A stretch of 63,998 nt of DNA, the filler included, from Octopus bimaculoides (lineage: Eukaryota), in the NCBI RefSeq assembly GCF_001194135.2. It is 5 parts of 5 records of this genome, joined end to end, with 100 filler letters (N's around TTAATTAATTAA, not from the genome) between each part and the next. Parts side by side here need not be neighbours in the genome. Positions count along the whole stretch, not along the records: positions 15,879 to 40,897 come from NC_069006.1; 4 more parts are not named here. One strand, given 5' to 3'. Both the position numbers and the translations under genes were made by a program. Every line of letters starts with the position of its first letter. The stretch's first letter is position 1. The notes beneath the pieces are model-generated. The model ran no database searches. It saw only the letters and a list, made by a program, of their open reading frames with translations, and was not told the origin of the DNA. This document shows positions 23,946-36,792 of this stretch, one piece after another.

Positions 23946-25988
23946 TGCACCCCTCTGGGTTTGCTGTACTTACGCAAACCCATCATCAAATGCAGTCCAG
24001 CCATGACTCTTCCTGCTGTTTGTATATTTGACTTGTAACACAGTGTACCCTGGAGTACAGGATCCAATGTGAGATAGTAGTGGTGGTGGTATGAGTAGGT
24101 GGCAGTGGTAGTTTGTGTGTGTCTGAAGTGGTGGTGGTGTTAGTGGTAGAATGTGTGATGGTCGTGGTGGTAGCACATGTTGTGATGTTGCTGGTGGTAT
24201 GGTGTAGGTGTGATGGTCTTAGTAGTAGTATGTGTGGTGGTGGTGGTGGTGGTGACGCTGGTGATAGTGGGTGAGGAGGCTGGTGGTAGTGTTTGTGATG
24301 GTCTTGGTTCTAGTATGTCTGGTGGTGTTGACAATGGTAATGTGTGGTGGCGGTAGTACGACATGTGATGCGGAGGGATGTGGTGGGGGTAGGCGCAATC
24401 CATTAAATTTTTCTAACATTTCTCGGTTGGCATGGCAACGCCATGTCTGTTATACATGTGTGTGTGTGTGTGTGTGTTTGTGTGTGTTTGTGTGTGTGCA
24501 TCTTTGTATGNNNNNNNNNNNNNNNNNNNNNNNNNNNNNNNNNNNNNNNNNNNNNNNNNNNNNNNNNNNNNNNNNNNNNNNNNNNNNNNNNNNNNNNNNN
24601 NNNNNNNNNNNNNNNNNNNNNNNNNNNNNNNNNNNNNNNNNNNNNNNNNNNNNNNNNNNNNNNNNNNNNNNNNNNNNNNNNNNNNNNNNNNNNNNNNNNN
24701 NNNNNNNNNNNNNNNNNNNNNNNNNNNNNNNNNNNNNNNNNNNNNNNNNNNNNNNNNNNNNNNNNNNNNNNNNNNNNNNNNNNNNNNNNNNNNNNNNNNN
24801 NNNNNNNNNNNNNNNNNNNNNNNNNNNNNNNNNNNNNNNNNNNNNNNNNNNNNNNNNNNNNNNNNNNNNNNNNNNNNNNNNNNNNNNNNNNNNNNNNNNN
24901 NNNNNNNNNNNNNNNNNNNNNNNNNNNNNNNNNNNNNNNNNNNNNNNNNNNNNNNNNNNNNNNNNNNNNNNNNNNNNNNNNNNNNNNNNNNNNNNNNNNN
25001 NNNNNNNNNNNNNNNNNNNNNNNNNNNNNNNNNNNNNNNNNNNNNNNNNNNNNNNNNNNNNNNNNNNNNNNNNNNNNNNNNNNNNNNNNNNNNNNNNNNN
25101 NNNNNNNNNNNNNNNNNNNNNNNNNNNNNNNNNNNNNNNNNNNNNNNNNNNNNNNNGTGTGTGTGTGTGTGTGTGTTTGTGTGTGTTTGTGTGTGTGCAT
25201 CTTTGTATGTGAGTCATGTTAAATATACAATAGTTCACCAACTAGTCTCATGCACATATGTATGTGTATATATATATATATATGTATGTGTGTATATATG
25301 TGTATGTGTATGCATGTATGTGTATGTATATGTGTGTATGTGTATATATATATATATACATGTATGCATGTATATATGTGTATGTGTGTGTATGTATGTG
25401 TATATATATGTGTATGTGTGTATATATGTGTATGTGTGTGTATGAATATATATATATATATGTGTGTGTGTGTATGAATATATATATATATGTGTGTGTA
25501 TGTGTGTATGTATACATATATGCATATATCTGTGTGTGTATATATTTATACGCACACGCACGCACACACATACACACACACACACACATGACACTATTTA
25601 GATAATTCTTCTGCAGACACAATGACCCTGTTTATTTAGTGAGGCAACACTTAGTGGTTTTATTGTATTACTGCCATCGCCGCCAACACCATTATCACCA
25701 TTACTACTACTACTACTACTACTACCGTTACCATTACAACCACCACCATCTTCAACTGCAGCCCACGCTCTCTCTCTCTCTCTCTCTTACCCTCATCACA
25801 ACACTCACCAACATAACCACTATCACTACTGCCTATACCCCTCCCTGCTACCTCGGTCTCTCCCCCTCCCTACACCGCCCCTTAACAACCATAGCCATAA
25901 TCACAGCTACCACTCCCACCGGCATCATCACAAACATCTTGATCATTACCACCACCACCACCACCACCACATCTGTGACTGCTGCTGT

Positions 25989-26036
<48 letters not shown>

Positions 26037-26555
26037 AGCCAACATTGTTATTATTACCATTAAGAACCACAACACCATGATGATGATGATGACGACGATG
26101 ATGATGATGACGATCACAATGGCTATGCTGATCCTCTCCACATGAACTCTCTTCCACATTAATGTTAAATTCTGACTTTTCCCTGCTCCCCTTCACCTTT
26201 CCTTCACCCTCCCACCCTGCATTCCTTTAATATAAACCTCATGGTATTTGTCTGTCCATATGTGTAGTAGTAGTAGTAGCAGCAGCAGCAGCAGTTGCAG
26301 CAGTAGGTGGTGGTGGTGGTGGTGGTGGTGATGATGATGATGATCTTCCACCCCAACCTTCTCTCCTCCCTCCCTGCCTTCTCATATGAATTTCATCCGC
26401 TTATATTACATTTTCAAATTTTTAGAGTTTCATTCCATCCTTAATACTTAGTCCTGAGAGAGAGAGAGAGAGAGAGAGGTTCTGTAGTCTTTGGATCTGC
26501 CAGAAATAGCAGCCAAAGCGGCCCTCAAGTAATATAATTATATAACTACTGCCTA

Positions 26556-26726
26556 GGCATAGGGGAGTGGCTGTGTGGTAAGTAGCTTGTTTACGAACCA
26601 CATGGTTCTGGGTTCAGTCCCACTGCGTGACACCTTGGGCAAGTGTCTTTCACTATAGCCTCGGGCCGACCAAAGCCTTGTGAATGGATTTGGTAGACGG
26701 AAACTGAAAGAATCTCATCGTATATA

Positions 26727-26795
<69 letters not shown>

Positions 26796-26965
26796 TTGTG
26801 TGTGTGTGTTTGTCCCCCCACCAACTGCTGATGTGTTTACATCCCCGTAACTTAGCGGTTTGGCAAGAGAGACCAATAGAATAAGTCATGGGGTCGATTT
26901 GCTGGACTAAAAGACGGTGCTCCAGCATGGCCATAGTTAAATGACAGAAACAAGTAAAAGAGTAA
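26556..26965 (+). mobile_element. SINE family A, full bipartite copy
   Basis: ggagtggctgtgtggtaagtagc...gaaactgaaagaatctcatcg, then (TA)n(TG)n, then tttgtcccc...gaaacaagtaaaagagt. Confidence 0.85.
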
Positions 26966-27415
26966 CTACTGCCGCTGAAAAAAAGCCAGGAAGGACATTT
27001 ATTTGAAAAGGCAGTCTTAGGTAAGAAAGTGTCTAAATGATTTAAGTGAAATGACAGATAGGGTGGCCATGGCTTGGATTGTCTTTAATGATACATCTGC
27101 TTCATCAAGAGTTACGCAACAATAGCTCTAGTGTGTGTCTTTTGTCTCTGATGGGTTTCAGTCATTGGACCGCGACCATGCTGGAGCATTGCCTTGAAAG
27201 GACATTGTCAAACAAATTGACCGGAGTGATTATTGTCTTTTAAATCTGGTGCATGTTCTGATGGTCACTATTGCCAAACCGCTAAATCACAAGGATATAA
27301 AACAAACCACACTGGATGTCAAATGGTTGGGTTACACAAAGGCACATGCACACACACACACATACACACACACACACACACACGCATACACACATGCGTG
27401 TGAGTCGGAATCATG

Positions 27416-27556
27416 GAAAGGTTGGATACCTTAGGAATGAGAACTCAGGTTCGAAATTCCCCAAGACACCTGATGAACGCTGGAGAGTACATCAGCTGAA
27501 ACGTGTTAACAACAAACAAGATGAGGACAAATATCCGTCAAATATAAATAATGTAA
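27416..27556 (+). mobile_element. PLE terminal-module fragment with damaged hammerhead
   Basis: gacac CTGATGA a cgctg gagagtacat cagct GAAA cgtgttaac. Ends at the shared terminus aaataatgt. Confidence 0.8.
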
Positions 27557-27669
27557 TTATTAAACATCAAATGGCTTTGGGGGTCCACCAGAATAAAATA
27601 ATAATCAAAGGAGTCCATAGAGAAAAAAGGGATTGAGGACCCCTGCTCTAGATGTATGTATTGGTATGT

Positions 27670-28074
27670 ATTGCAAGAAACTCGGCTTGTAAAGACCTGT
27701 TGGGGCAAGCGAAAGTGAAATCGTGACGGCACCTGTGCCCAGCGTCGCCTTCATGGCACTTGTGCCATTGGCACGTGTAAAGACATTCGAGCGAGATCGT
27801 GCCAGTGCCGCTGGACTGGCTCTTGTGCAGGTGGCACGTAAAATACACCATTTCGAGCGTGGCCGTTGCCAGTACCGCCTGACTGGCCTTCGTACCGGTG
27901 GCACGTAAAAGCATCCACTACACTTTCGGAGTGGTTGGCGTTAGGAAGGGCATCTAGCTATAGAAACTCTGCCAAATCAGATTGGAGCCTGGTGTGGCCA
28001 TCTGGTTCACCAGTCCTCAGTCAAATCGTTCAACCCATGCTAGCATGGAAAGCGGACGTTAAATGATGATGATG
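27670..28074 (+). mobile_element. RTE LINE 3' UTR, young CpG-rich copy
   Basis: Internal hairpin subrepeats, ttaggaagggcat..., ends catgctagcatggaaagcggacgttaaatgatgatgatg. Confidence 0.85.
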
Positions 28075-28943
28075 NNNNNNNNNNNNNNNNNNNNNNNNNN
28101 NNNNNNNNNNNNNNNNNNNNNNNNNNNNNNNNNNNNNNNNNNNNNNNNNNNNNNNNNNNNNNNNNNNNNNNNNNNNNNNNNNNNNNNNNNNNNNNNNNNN
28201 NNNNNNNNNNNNNNNNNNNNNNNNNNNNNNNNNNNNNNNNNNNNNNNNNNNNNNNNNNNNNNNNNNNNNNNNNNNNNNNNNNNGTTCCCTTTAAAACAGG
28301 AAACTTGTATCGTAGACCTGTAAGCTGTCTCAAGCAAGTTGGTATTAAAAGAGTTAACTTCCGCTGATGATTGTGGAAAATTGGTGATTTGAGCTTTTAG
28401 CGTGATATAGCTGAAAGCAGAAACGGTTTTAAGTGATGGCTTGGTTTTTGACAGTAAGTATAATGGTAAGGTGGTAGTGGTGGTAGTGGCGATGAGGTTG
28501 CTGGGAATTGCGATAGTTGTGAGTGATGGTGGTGATATTAGTGGATGTAGTGGTGGTGGTAGTGGAGAATGCTCTTGTTGTTGTTGTTGTTGTGGTGGTG
28601 GTGGTGGAGATGATGTCTCAAGAGGTGTCATGTGGTTGGGTCAGGGATGATTGCTGGGAGAATTTCTCAAGAGGAAGTGACCACTTGACTAAGATTAAAA
28701 TCCCAAATGGACTTTGAAGAATCTGGTGGTGGTGTAGGAGGGAGGTGTGCTGGTGGTAATGGTGCTAGTGACAGTAATGGCGTAGTAGAGTAGAATATAT
28801 TTTTGTGGCCTGATAGTTACATATCTGTAAGCTCACACGCGTGCGCACACGCACACACACACACACGCACACACACCTCTTTCTTGAAGCCTGAAAGAAA
28901 CTAATCAGCCAGCCAAGGTTGCAGAATTTTAAGTCACATGGAT

Positions 28944-28986
<43 letters not shown>

Positions 28987-29254
28987 ATGATGATAATAAT
29001 AATGTGTTAACATATATATATNNNNNNNNNNNNNNNNNNNNNNNNNNNNNNNNNNNNNNNNNNNNNNNNNNNNNNNNNNNNNNNNNNNNNNNNNNNNNNN
29101 NNNNNNNNNNNNNNNNNNNNNNNNNNNNNNNNNNNNNNNNNNNNNNNNNNNNNNNNNNNNNNNNNNNNNNNNNNNNNNNNNNNNNNNNNNNNNNNNNNNN
29201 NNNNNNNNNNNNNNNNNNNNNNNNNNNNNNNNNNNNNNNNNNNNNNNNNNNNNN

Positions 29255-29510
29255 CCTAACACCAACCACTCTGAGAGTGTAGTGGGTGGCACTGGCAACG
29301 ACCTCGCTCGACACACTCAAATGGTGCTATTTATGTGCCACTGGCACGGAAGCCGGACAGCTGCTCTGGCAATAATCACACTCGGACGGTGCTCTTAGCA
29401 CTCCACTGGTACAGGTGCCATCACGATTTTGATTTCACTTGCCCCTACAGGTCTTCACAAGCCGAAGGAGAGGTTGGCATGGGTGCCAGTCATCGAATTT
29501 GGTTCGATTT
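29255..29510 (-). mobile_element. RTE LINE 3' UTR fragment
   Basis: Homologous to 36060-36400. Confidence 0.75.
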
Positions 29511-29515
29511 CGATT

Positions 29516-29548
<33 letters not shown>

Positions 29549-29594
29549 TCTATAATTACAAACATAATTATAATCAGGTGTCAGCTGATTGCTT

Positions 29595-30011
29595 CACCAC
29601 ACACTGAATTTAGAAATAATTGTTAAAAATGCCTTTTCTATTGAAAACTGCAGTTTCTGCGGGATTACTTGTAACACACACGTGGGTATTGAAGATAAAC
29701 ACGTGTTCACACTCAGCTGTATATTTTGAAAGTGTTGGCTGAATATCAGTTATGTGATGACGCTTGATCGCGTACATATTTAATCCTAGCACTCTCAAAC
29801 TTATATTTTGAAATGCTGCATTGAAGATGGGAAATAAGTAAGTAAATAGTACTTCACTTTAATCCCGAAACGCGTATGTAACTAATCTGAGTTGCGTGGA
29901 TTAATTATTTTTTCTTTTTGCCTACGTAAAAAAAGTGTGTTATTATCTGGGAGATCTTTATAGTTGCAGAAAAGGCATTTCAACTCCTATTTCTAAATTC
30001 GGTGCATAGTG
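29595..30011. mobile_element. MITE-like element with ~45-bp imperfect TIRs
   Basis: Left caccacacactgaatttagaaataattgttaaaaatgccttttc versus right reverse complement cactatgcaccgaatttagaaataggagttgaaatgccttttc. TA is present on the right flank only. Confidence 0.6.
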
Positions 30012-30150
30012 TAGCAATTAGCTCACCCCTAATTATAATTATGTTTATAATTATAGAATATTTGTATAATTTTACCTAAAAAGGTTATTTTAACGTACCG
30101 AACTACTTGGTAAAATTATTAATTATTAATTAATTAATTTTACCCTTTTA

Positions 30151-30200
<50 letters not shown>

Positions 30201-30548
30201 TACACACACAGTTTCCATCTACCAAATTTCACTCACATGGCATTGGTCAGCTTCAGGCTGTAGTAGAGATGTGAACCTGAAACTCATGGTTGTAAAATAA
30301 GTTGAAGAAGTCAGACAGCGATATCAGCACCTAAATAATTATAAAGAGCCAGTGGGTTTGTTGTGGCCATCCAGTGTAAGGCAGATACGTGGTTCAGTTT
30401 CAGTTGAGGGCTCTATCCCCTTTTTTCTCTCCAAAGTGTATTTTGTCCAACATCTCACGAACAAGTTACACATTTTAAATTCGTTTGTGTTTGGAGCTTT
30501 TTTTAAAAAGAGTTGTTTTCAAATTCATCCCTGTTTTTGAACAAGCCA

Positions 30549-30580
<32 letters not shown>

Positions 30581-30807
30581 GTGCATGTGCATCTTTGTGT
30601 ACACATGTGGAAGCACGCACAAACACACTTTGTTAGTACAAGAGTGAGTCCAACAAAAGGTATTTTGTTTTGTTTGAGAACACCAAGATATGTGTGTATG
30701 TATATATGTACATGCATATGCATATATGTATGTATATAAATATATATATATATATGTATATATATATACACATTCATATATATATATATATATATACACA
30801 CACATTC

Positions 30808-30838
<31 letters not shown>

Positions 30839-30841
30839 TTC

Positions 30842-30872
<31 letters not shown>

Positions 30873-31007
30873 TTCATTATATATATGTGTGTGCATATGC
30901 ACATTCGTATATGTGTGTGTGTGTATGTATATATACACACATTCATATATGTATGTATATATATATGTGTGTATGTATGTATATGTATATATATATGTGT
31001 ATGTATG

Positions 31008-31046
<39 letters not shown>

Positions 31047-31175
31047 ATACGTGTATGTATATATATATGTGTATATGTATGTAATGTATCTGAAATATAA
31101 AATGCGCACAAAAGAACGTGCTGTATATATATATATATATATATATGTATATGTTAGTATATATATATATATATA

Positions 31176-31208
<33 letters not shown>

Positions 31209-31944
31209 TAGTATATATATATACATATATATATGTATGTATATATGTTAGTGTATATACGTATGTGTTTATCAGTCCCAGTATCATATTCAGACACTTG
31301 TTCCACTGTTATCAATTTCATATATTTTAATGTTTTTTTTTTACCGTTTTTCCTCCTTTCTTTTTCTCGTTTTAGTTATTTATTTACTTTTTTCGGTGGG
31401 GGGGGGGGGGTAAGACCTAGAAAAATTTAACACTTACATAACCACCACTGCCAAGGAAACATCACACGGAAACTATGGCAGGCACGCCACCGTTATTCCT
31501 CTACATCCTAGCCGTTACATTTGACAGAGAAATCTGAACACTAAAGGCTTAACATCTGAACAACCAAAAGATTATGTCTACACCAGCAGGATTTGAACCC
31601 TGAGCTCAGATATTCACCACAAATTATATGATGGATTATACTGGATGGCCAAAGATGACCACTCCTAATATAATAGCTCTAATGATTATTTCCCCAATTT
31701 GTTTTTTTCTTCTGGTTCCTCTTAACTGACATTGTTGACTTTTGTTTACTGGGGGGCAAAGGTCACTTCCTGTGTGTTTTAATTTGCTTTTTCTTTTTCT
31801 TTCCCAAAAGAACTGGCAAGTTTTTGAACAGGTGTGTATACAACTACATTCTAATTATATACACACTGTAGTTAAGATGTTAACCTTTTTGTATTGACCC
31901 TCAGCTGGTGGTCACCAGGAAACTGTGTTGTCAAGAGCAACAGC

Positions 31945-32890
31945 TTGTTTGATATTGTCCTTTGATGTTGCTGTGTGACCTACGGCTGACCTGGGTCAGA
32001 TAGACCTACAATCAAAGACACCCCAACAGTGACTATCCTGCCTCTTGTTTTCATGCCTAGTGTATCTAAGACTACATCATTATATGTGTGTGGTTTTGTT
32101 GTTGTTGATTAACCTTGGGCCATGAGACAGATCCAGGATTGGAAGCTTTCCAGCTGTGACCATCCTGCCTTGTTTTTCAGACATAATGTAACTAGGACTA
32201 CACCATCAAAAGTATCCTTTGTTGTTGTTTAACCCTTGGTCTGCCCTGTTCCATAGGACAGATCTATGATCTGTGACAGTCCAGCTGTGGCCACCCTGTC
32301 TCTTATTTTCAGGCATAGTGTATCTAGGACTACATTATCAAATGTGATTTTCCTTGTTGATTAGCCCTAAGTTGACCTTGGTCCATAAGACAGGCCTATA
32401 ATTGATGACACTGTCTCTTGTATTCAGGCATAGTGCATCTAGGATTATACCATCAAATGTGTTGTTGTTTACCGTCAGATCAGCCATAGATCATGAAATT
32501 TAGTCAAAGATGTGCTTGCAGTGACCGTTCTGCCTTGTTTCTCAGACTTGGTGTATCTAGGACTACACCATCAAAAGTGTCCTTCTTTGTTTTGTTGCTG
32601 TTTTCAATCTCCAACCAGCCCTGGTCTATGAGACAGACATGTGGTCAAAGATATTTCAGTTGTGGCCACCCTGTTTCTTTTTCAGACATAGTTTGCCTCG
32701 GACTATGTCATTAAATATGTTCTTCATTGTTGTCAGCCCTCAGCCATGAAACAAAACCCGATCCATGAAACCCATGGTGTATGACACTCCAGCAATGACC
32801 ATCCTGTATTGTTTTTCTAAGACACAGCACATCTAGAACTGCATCATACAATTGATATTTTGGAATATTTAGCTGCTATTTCTAGCTAGT
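31945..32890 (+). repeat. Diverged tandem array of about seven 110-140 bp units
   Basis: Recurring core gtgaccatcctg.ctt.tttcag.catagtgtatctaggactaca..atcaaa.gtgt followed by gttgttg. Related single units at ~23340-23570 and ~40400-40680. Confidence 0.75.
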
Positions 32891-33312
32891 TAGGTAACTG
32901 TGTAGCATAGCTCTCGTTTTGAAGTGGTTTGAATTCTTTCTCCTGATATTTGAGTTGTGTGCTTGTGTGTGTAACTTTACACGGTTGCACTCATTCACAG
33001 AAACACACACACACACACACACACACCTTGAAAAATGTGATTACGTTAGTCATCATCATCATCATCATCATCTTCAACATATATCACTGTTACATCACTG
33101 CCACTATCACCATCATCCTCATCCTTGTTCTCATCGTCCTTGTTGCCAGGAAATGCCTTGTTCCATGGTCAGTGTGCCCACTCAGGCTGGCCTGGGGCTA
33201 AACAACAATAGCAACAACACTTGAATCATCATTGCCTCTACCACCACCATCATCATCATCATTGCCACTAGGATCATCACTATCATCATTTCTATAAGGT
33301 GTTCTTGCACAC

Positions 33313-33346
<34 letters not shown>

Positions 33347-34220
33347 ACATGTGTTCCACCACCACCACCACCACCACCACCACCATCAGTAGCATTATTG
33401 CTTCTACTACCATCATCATCATCATCGTCATCGTCATCACTATCACATCTTTTCTACTACCATCTTCAATACCACCACCANNNNNNNNNNNNNNNNNNNN
33501 NNNNNNNNNNNNNNNNNNNNNNNNNNNNNNNNNNNNNNNNNNNNNNNNNNNNNNNNNNNNNNNNNNNNNNNNNNNNNNNNNNNNNNNNNNNNNNNNNNNN
33601 NNNNNNNNNNNNNNNNNNNNNNNNNNNNNNNNNNNNNNNNNNNNNNNNNNNNNNNNNNNNNNNNNNNNNNNNNNNNNNNNNNNNNNNNNNNNNNNNNNNN
33701 NNNNNNNNNNNNNNNNNNNNNNNNNNNNNNNNNNNNNNNNNNNNNNNNNNNNNNNNNNNNNNNNNNNNNNNNNNNNNNNNNNNNNNNNNNNNNNNNNNNN
33801 NNNNNNNNNNNNNNNNNNNNNNNNNNNNNNNNNNNNNNNNNNNNNNNNNNNNNNNNNNNNNNNNNNNNNNNNNNNNNNNNNNNNNNNNNNNNNNNNNNNN
33901 NNNNNNNNNNNNNNNNNNNNNNNNNNNNNNNNNNNNNNNNNNNNNNNNNNNNNNNNNNNNNNNNNNNNNNNNNNNNNNNNNNNNNNNNNNNNNNNNNNNN
34001 NNNNNNNNNNNNNNNNNNNNNNNNNNNNNNNNNNNNNNNNNNNNNNNNNNNNNNNNNNNNNNNNNNNNNNNNNNNNNNNNNNNNNNNNNNNNNNNNNNNN
34101 NNNNNNNNNNNNNNNNNNNNNNNNNNNNNNNNNNNNNNNNNNNNNNNNNNNNNNNNNNNNNNNNNNNNNNNNNNNNNNNNNNNNNNNNNNNNNNNNNNNN
34201 NNNNNNNNNNNNNNNNNNNN

Positions 34221-34228
34221 CCGTTTTT

Positions 34229-34261
<33 letters not shown>

Positions 34262-34574
34262 TACTACTACCACCATCATTATTACTACTACTATTTGTAC
34301 TGCTGCTACTACTACTACAACGACCACCACTACTACCACCACCACCACCACAACTATTACTACTACTACAACTACAACCACCACCACCATCACTACTACT
34401 ACTACTACTACAACTACAACCACCACTACCACTACTATTACTACTACTACTACTACTACCACCACAACCACCACCACACCTACTACAACTACAACCACCA
34501 CCACCACTACTATTACTACTACTACTACTACTACCACCACAACCACCACCACAACTACTACTACAACTACAACC

Positions 34575-34618
<44 letters not shown>

Positions 34619-34663
34619 AACCACCACCACAACTACTACTACAACTACAACCACCACTACTAT

Positions 34664-34717
<54 letters not shown>

Positions 34718-34776
34718 AACCACCACCACCACTACTATCACAATGACGACGACACCCACCACCATTATTAAATACC

Positions 34777-34820
<44 letters not shown>

Positions 34821-34860
34821 GACGACGACCACCACCACCACCACCACCAACAACAACCCT
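34221..34860. repeat. Mosaic (CTA/CCA/CAA)n trinucleotide tract with higher-order repetition
   Basis: ccaccacaaccaccaccacaactactactacaactacaacc recurs several times. Confidence 0.8.
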
Positions 34861-35924
34861 TATTCATACCCCAAACCACTACAGGTATCACAACCACCGC
34901 CGCCACCACCACCCTGCCACCCCCCATCCCCATCGCCATTTTTTAACCTATATAGCCTATCAGAGACATTGACCTAATCAATANNNNNNNNNNNNNNNNN
35001 NNNNNNNNNNNNNNNNNNNNNNNNNNNNNNNNNNNNNNNNNNNNNNNNNNNNNNNNNNNNNNNNNNNNNNNNNNNNNNNNNNNNNNNNNNNNNNNNNNNN
35101 NNNNNNNNNNNNNNNNNNNNNNNNNNNNNNNNNNNNNNNNNNNNNNNNNNNNNNNNNNNNNNNNNNNNNNNNNNNNNNNNNNNNNNNNNNNNNNNNNNNN
35201 NNNNNNNNNNNNNNNNNNNNNNNNNNNNNNNNNNNNNNNNNNNNNNNNNNNNNNNNNNNNNNNNNNNNNNNNNNNNNNNNNNNNNNNNNNNNNNNNNNNN
35301 NNNNNNNNNNNNNNNNNNNNNNNNNNNNNNNNNNNNNNNNNNNNNNNNNNNNNNNNNNNNNNNNNNNNNNNNNNNNNNNNNNNNNNNNNNNNNNNNNNNN
35401 NNNNNNNNNNNNNNNNNNNNNNNNNNNNNNNNNNNNNNNNNNNNNNNNNNNNNNNNNNNNNNNNNNNNNNNNNNNNNNNNNNNNNNNNNNNNNNNNNNNN
35501 NNNNNNNNNNNNNNNNNNNNNNNNNNNNNNNNNNNNNNNNNNNNNNNNNNNNNNNNNNNNNNNNNNNNNNNNNNNNNNNNNNNNNNNNNNNNNNNNNNNN
35601 NNNNNNNNNNNNNNNNNNNNNNNNNNNNNNNNNNNNNNNNNNNNNNNNNNNNNNNNNNNNNNNNNNNNNNNNNNNNNNNNNNNNNNNNNNNNNNNNNNNN
35701 NNNNNNNNNNNNNNNNNNNNNNNNNNNNNNNNNNNNNNNNNNNNNNNNNNNNNNNNNNNNNNNNNNNNNNNNNNNNNNNNNNNNNNNNNNNNNNNNNNNN
35801 NNNNNNNNNNNNNNNNNNNNNNNNNNNNNNNNNNNNNNNNNNNNNNATGCCAAGCCTTGTAAACAACCAACACCTTTTGTCAAGCAGTGACAAACAAGGC
35901 CCCCCACACCCATCCACAGAGACA

Positions 35925-36612
35925 TCATCATCCTCATCATCGTTTAACGTCCACTTTCCAAGCTAGCATGGGTTGGACGATTTGACTGAGGACTGGTGAA
36001 CCAGATGGCTGCACCAGTCTCCATTCTGATCTGGCAGAGTTTCTACAGCTGGATGCCCTTCCTAATGCCAACCACTCCGACAGTGTAGTGGGTGCTTTTA
36101 TGTGCCACCGGCACGAAGGCCAGTCACGCAGTACTGGCAACGGCCACGCTCAAATGATATTTTTTACATGCCACCTGCACAGGAGCCAGTCCAGCAACAC
36201 TGGCAACAACCTCGCTCGAGGGCAACGCTGGTAACGATCACGCTCAAATGGTGCTTTTTGTGTGCCACCAGCATGGAAGCCAGACAGCTACACTGGCAAT
36301 GGTCACACTCGGATGATGCTGTTAGCGCTCCACATGGGTGCCAGTCATTGAATTTGGTTCCATTTCCATTTCACTTGCCTCAGCAGGTCTTCACAAACAG
36401 AGTTTAGTGTCCAATGAAGGAAAGGTATGCACAAGTGGGCTGGCTACACTCCTGGTAAAGGTCACGGGTTATGGTCTCACTTGTCTTGCCAGGTCTTCTC
36501 ACACACAGCATATTTCCAAAGGTCTCTGTCACTAGTCATTGCCTCCATGAGGCCTAATGTTCGAAGGTCATGCTTCACCACCTCATCCCAGGTCTTCCTG
36601 GGTCTACTTCTT
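35925..36612 (-). mobile_element. RTE LINE 3' end: ORF C-terminus, ~550-nt 3' UTR and (GAT)n tail
   Basis: [37 protein letters not shown] (typical RTE C-terminus, GRPxxxW...R..W) is contiguous with the UTR repeat, showing that the short (CAT)n repeats are truncated LINE ends. Confidence 0.9.
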
Positions 36613-36733
36613 CCATATATATACTTACATATATATATACATGTATATCCGTATATATACATATATAGACGTATATATATGTATATATACATACATATTT
36701 ATTTATAAGTATGAGTTAGAGGGGTTAAATATA

Positions 36734-36792
<59 letters not shown>

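Noticed and set aside
24457-25210. Identical (TG)-rich ends on both sides of a gap
   Set aside because: Likely contig-end overlap; cannot be distinguished from a collapsed repeat.
31945-32890. CRISPR-like repeat-spacer appearance
   Set aside because: The context is eukaryotic, there are no cas genes, the repeats are not identical, and the spacers are mutually homologous.
33198-34856. Long ORFs rich in Gly/Ser, Tyr/His, Val or Thr (mucin- or cuticle-like)
   Set aside because: Trinucleotide mosaics lack stops in several frames on both strands, and half of the ORF is N. There are no splice or start signals.
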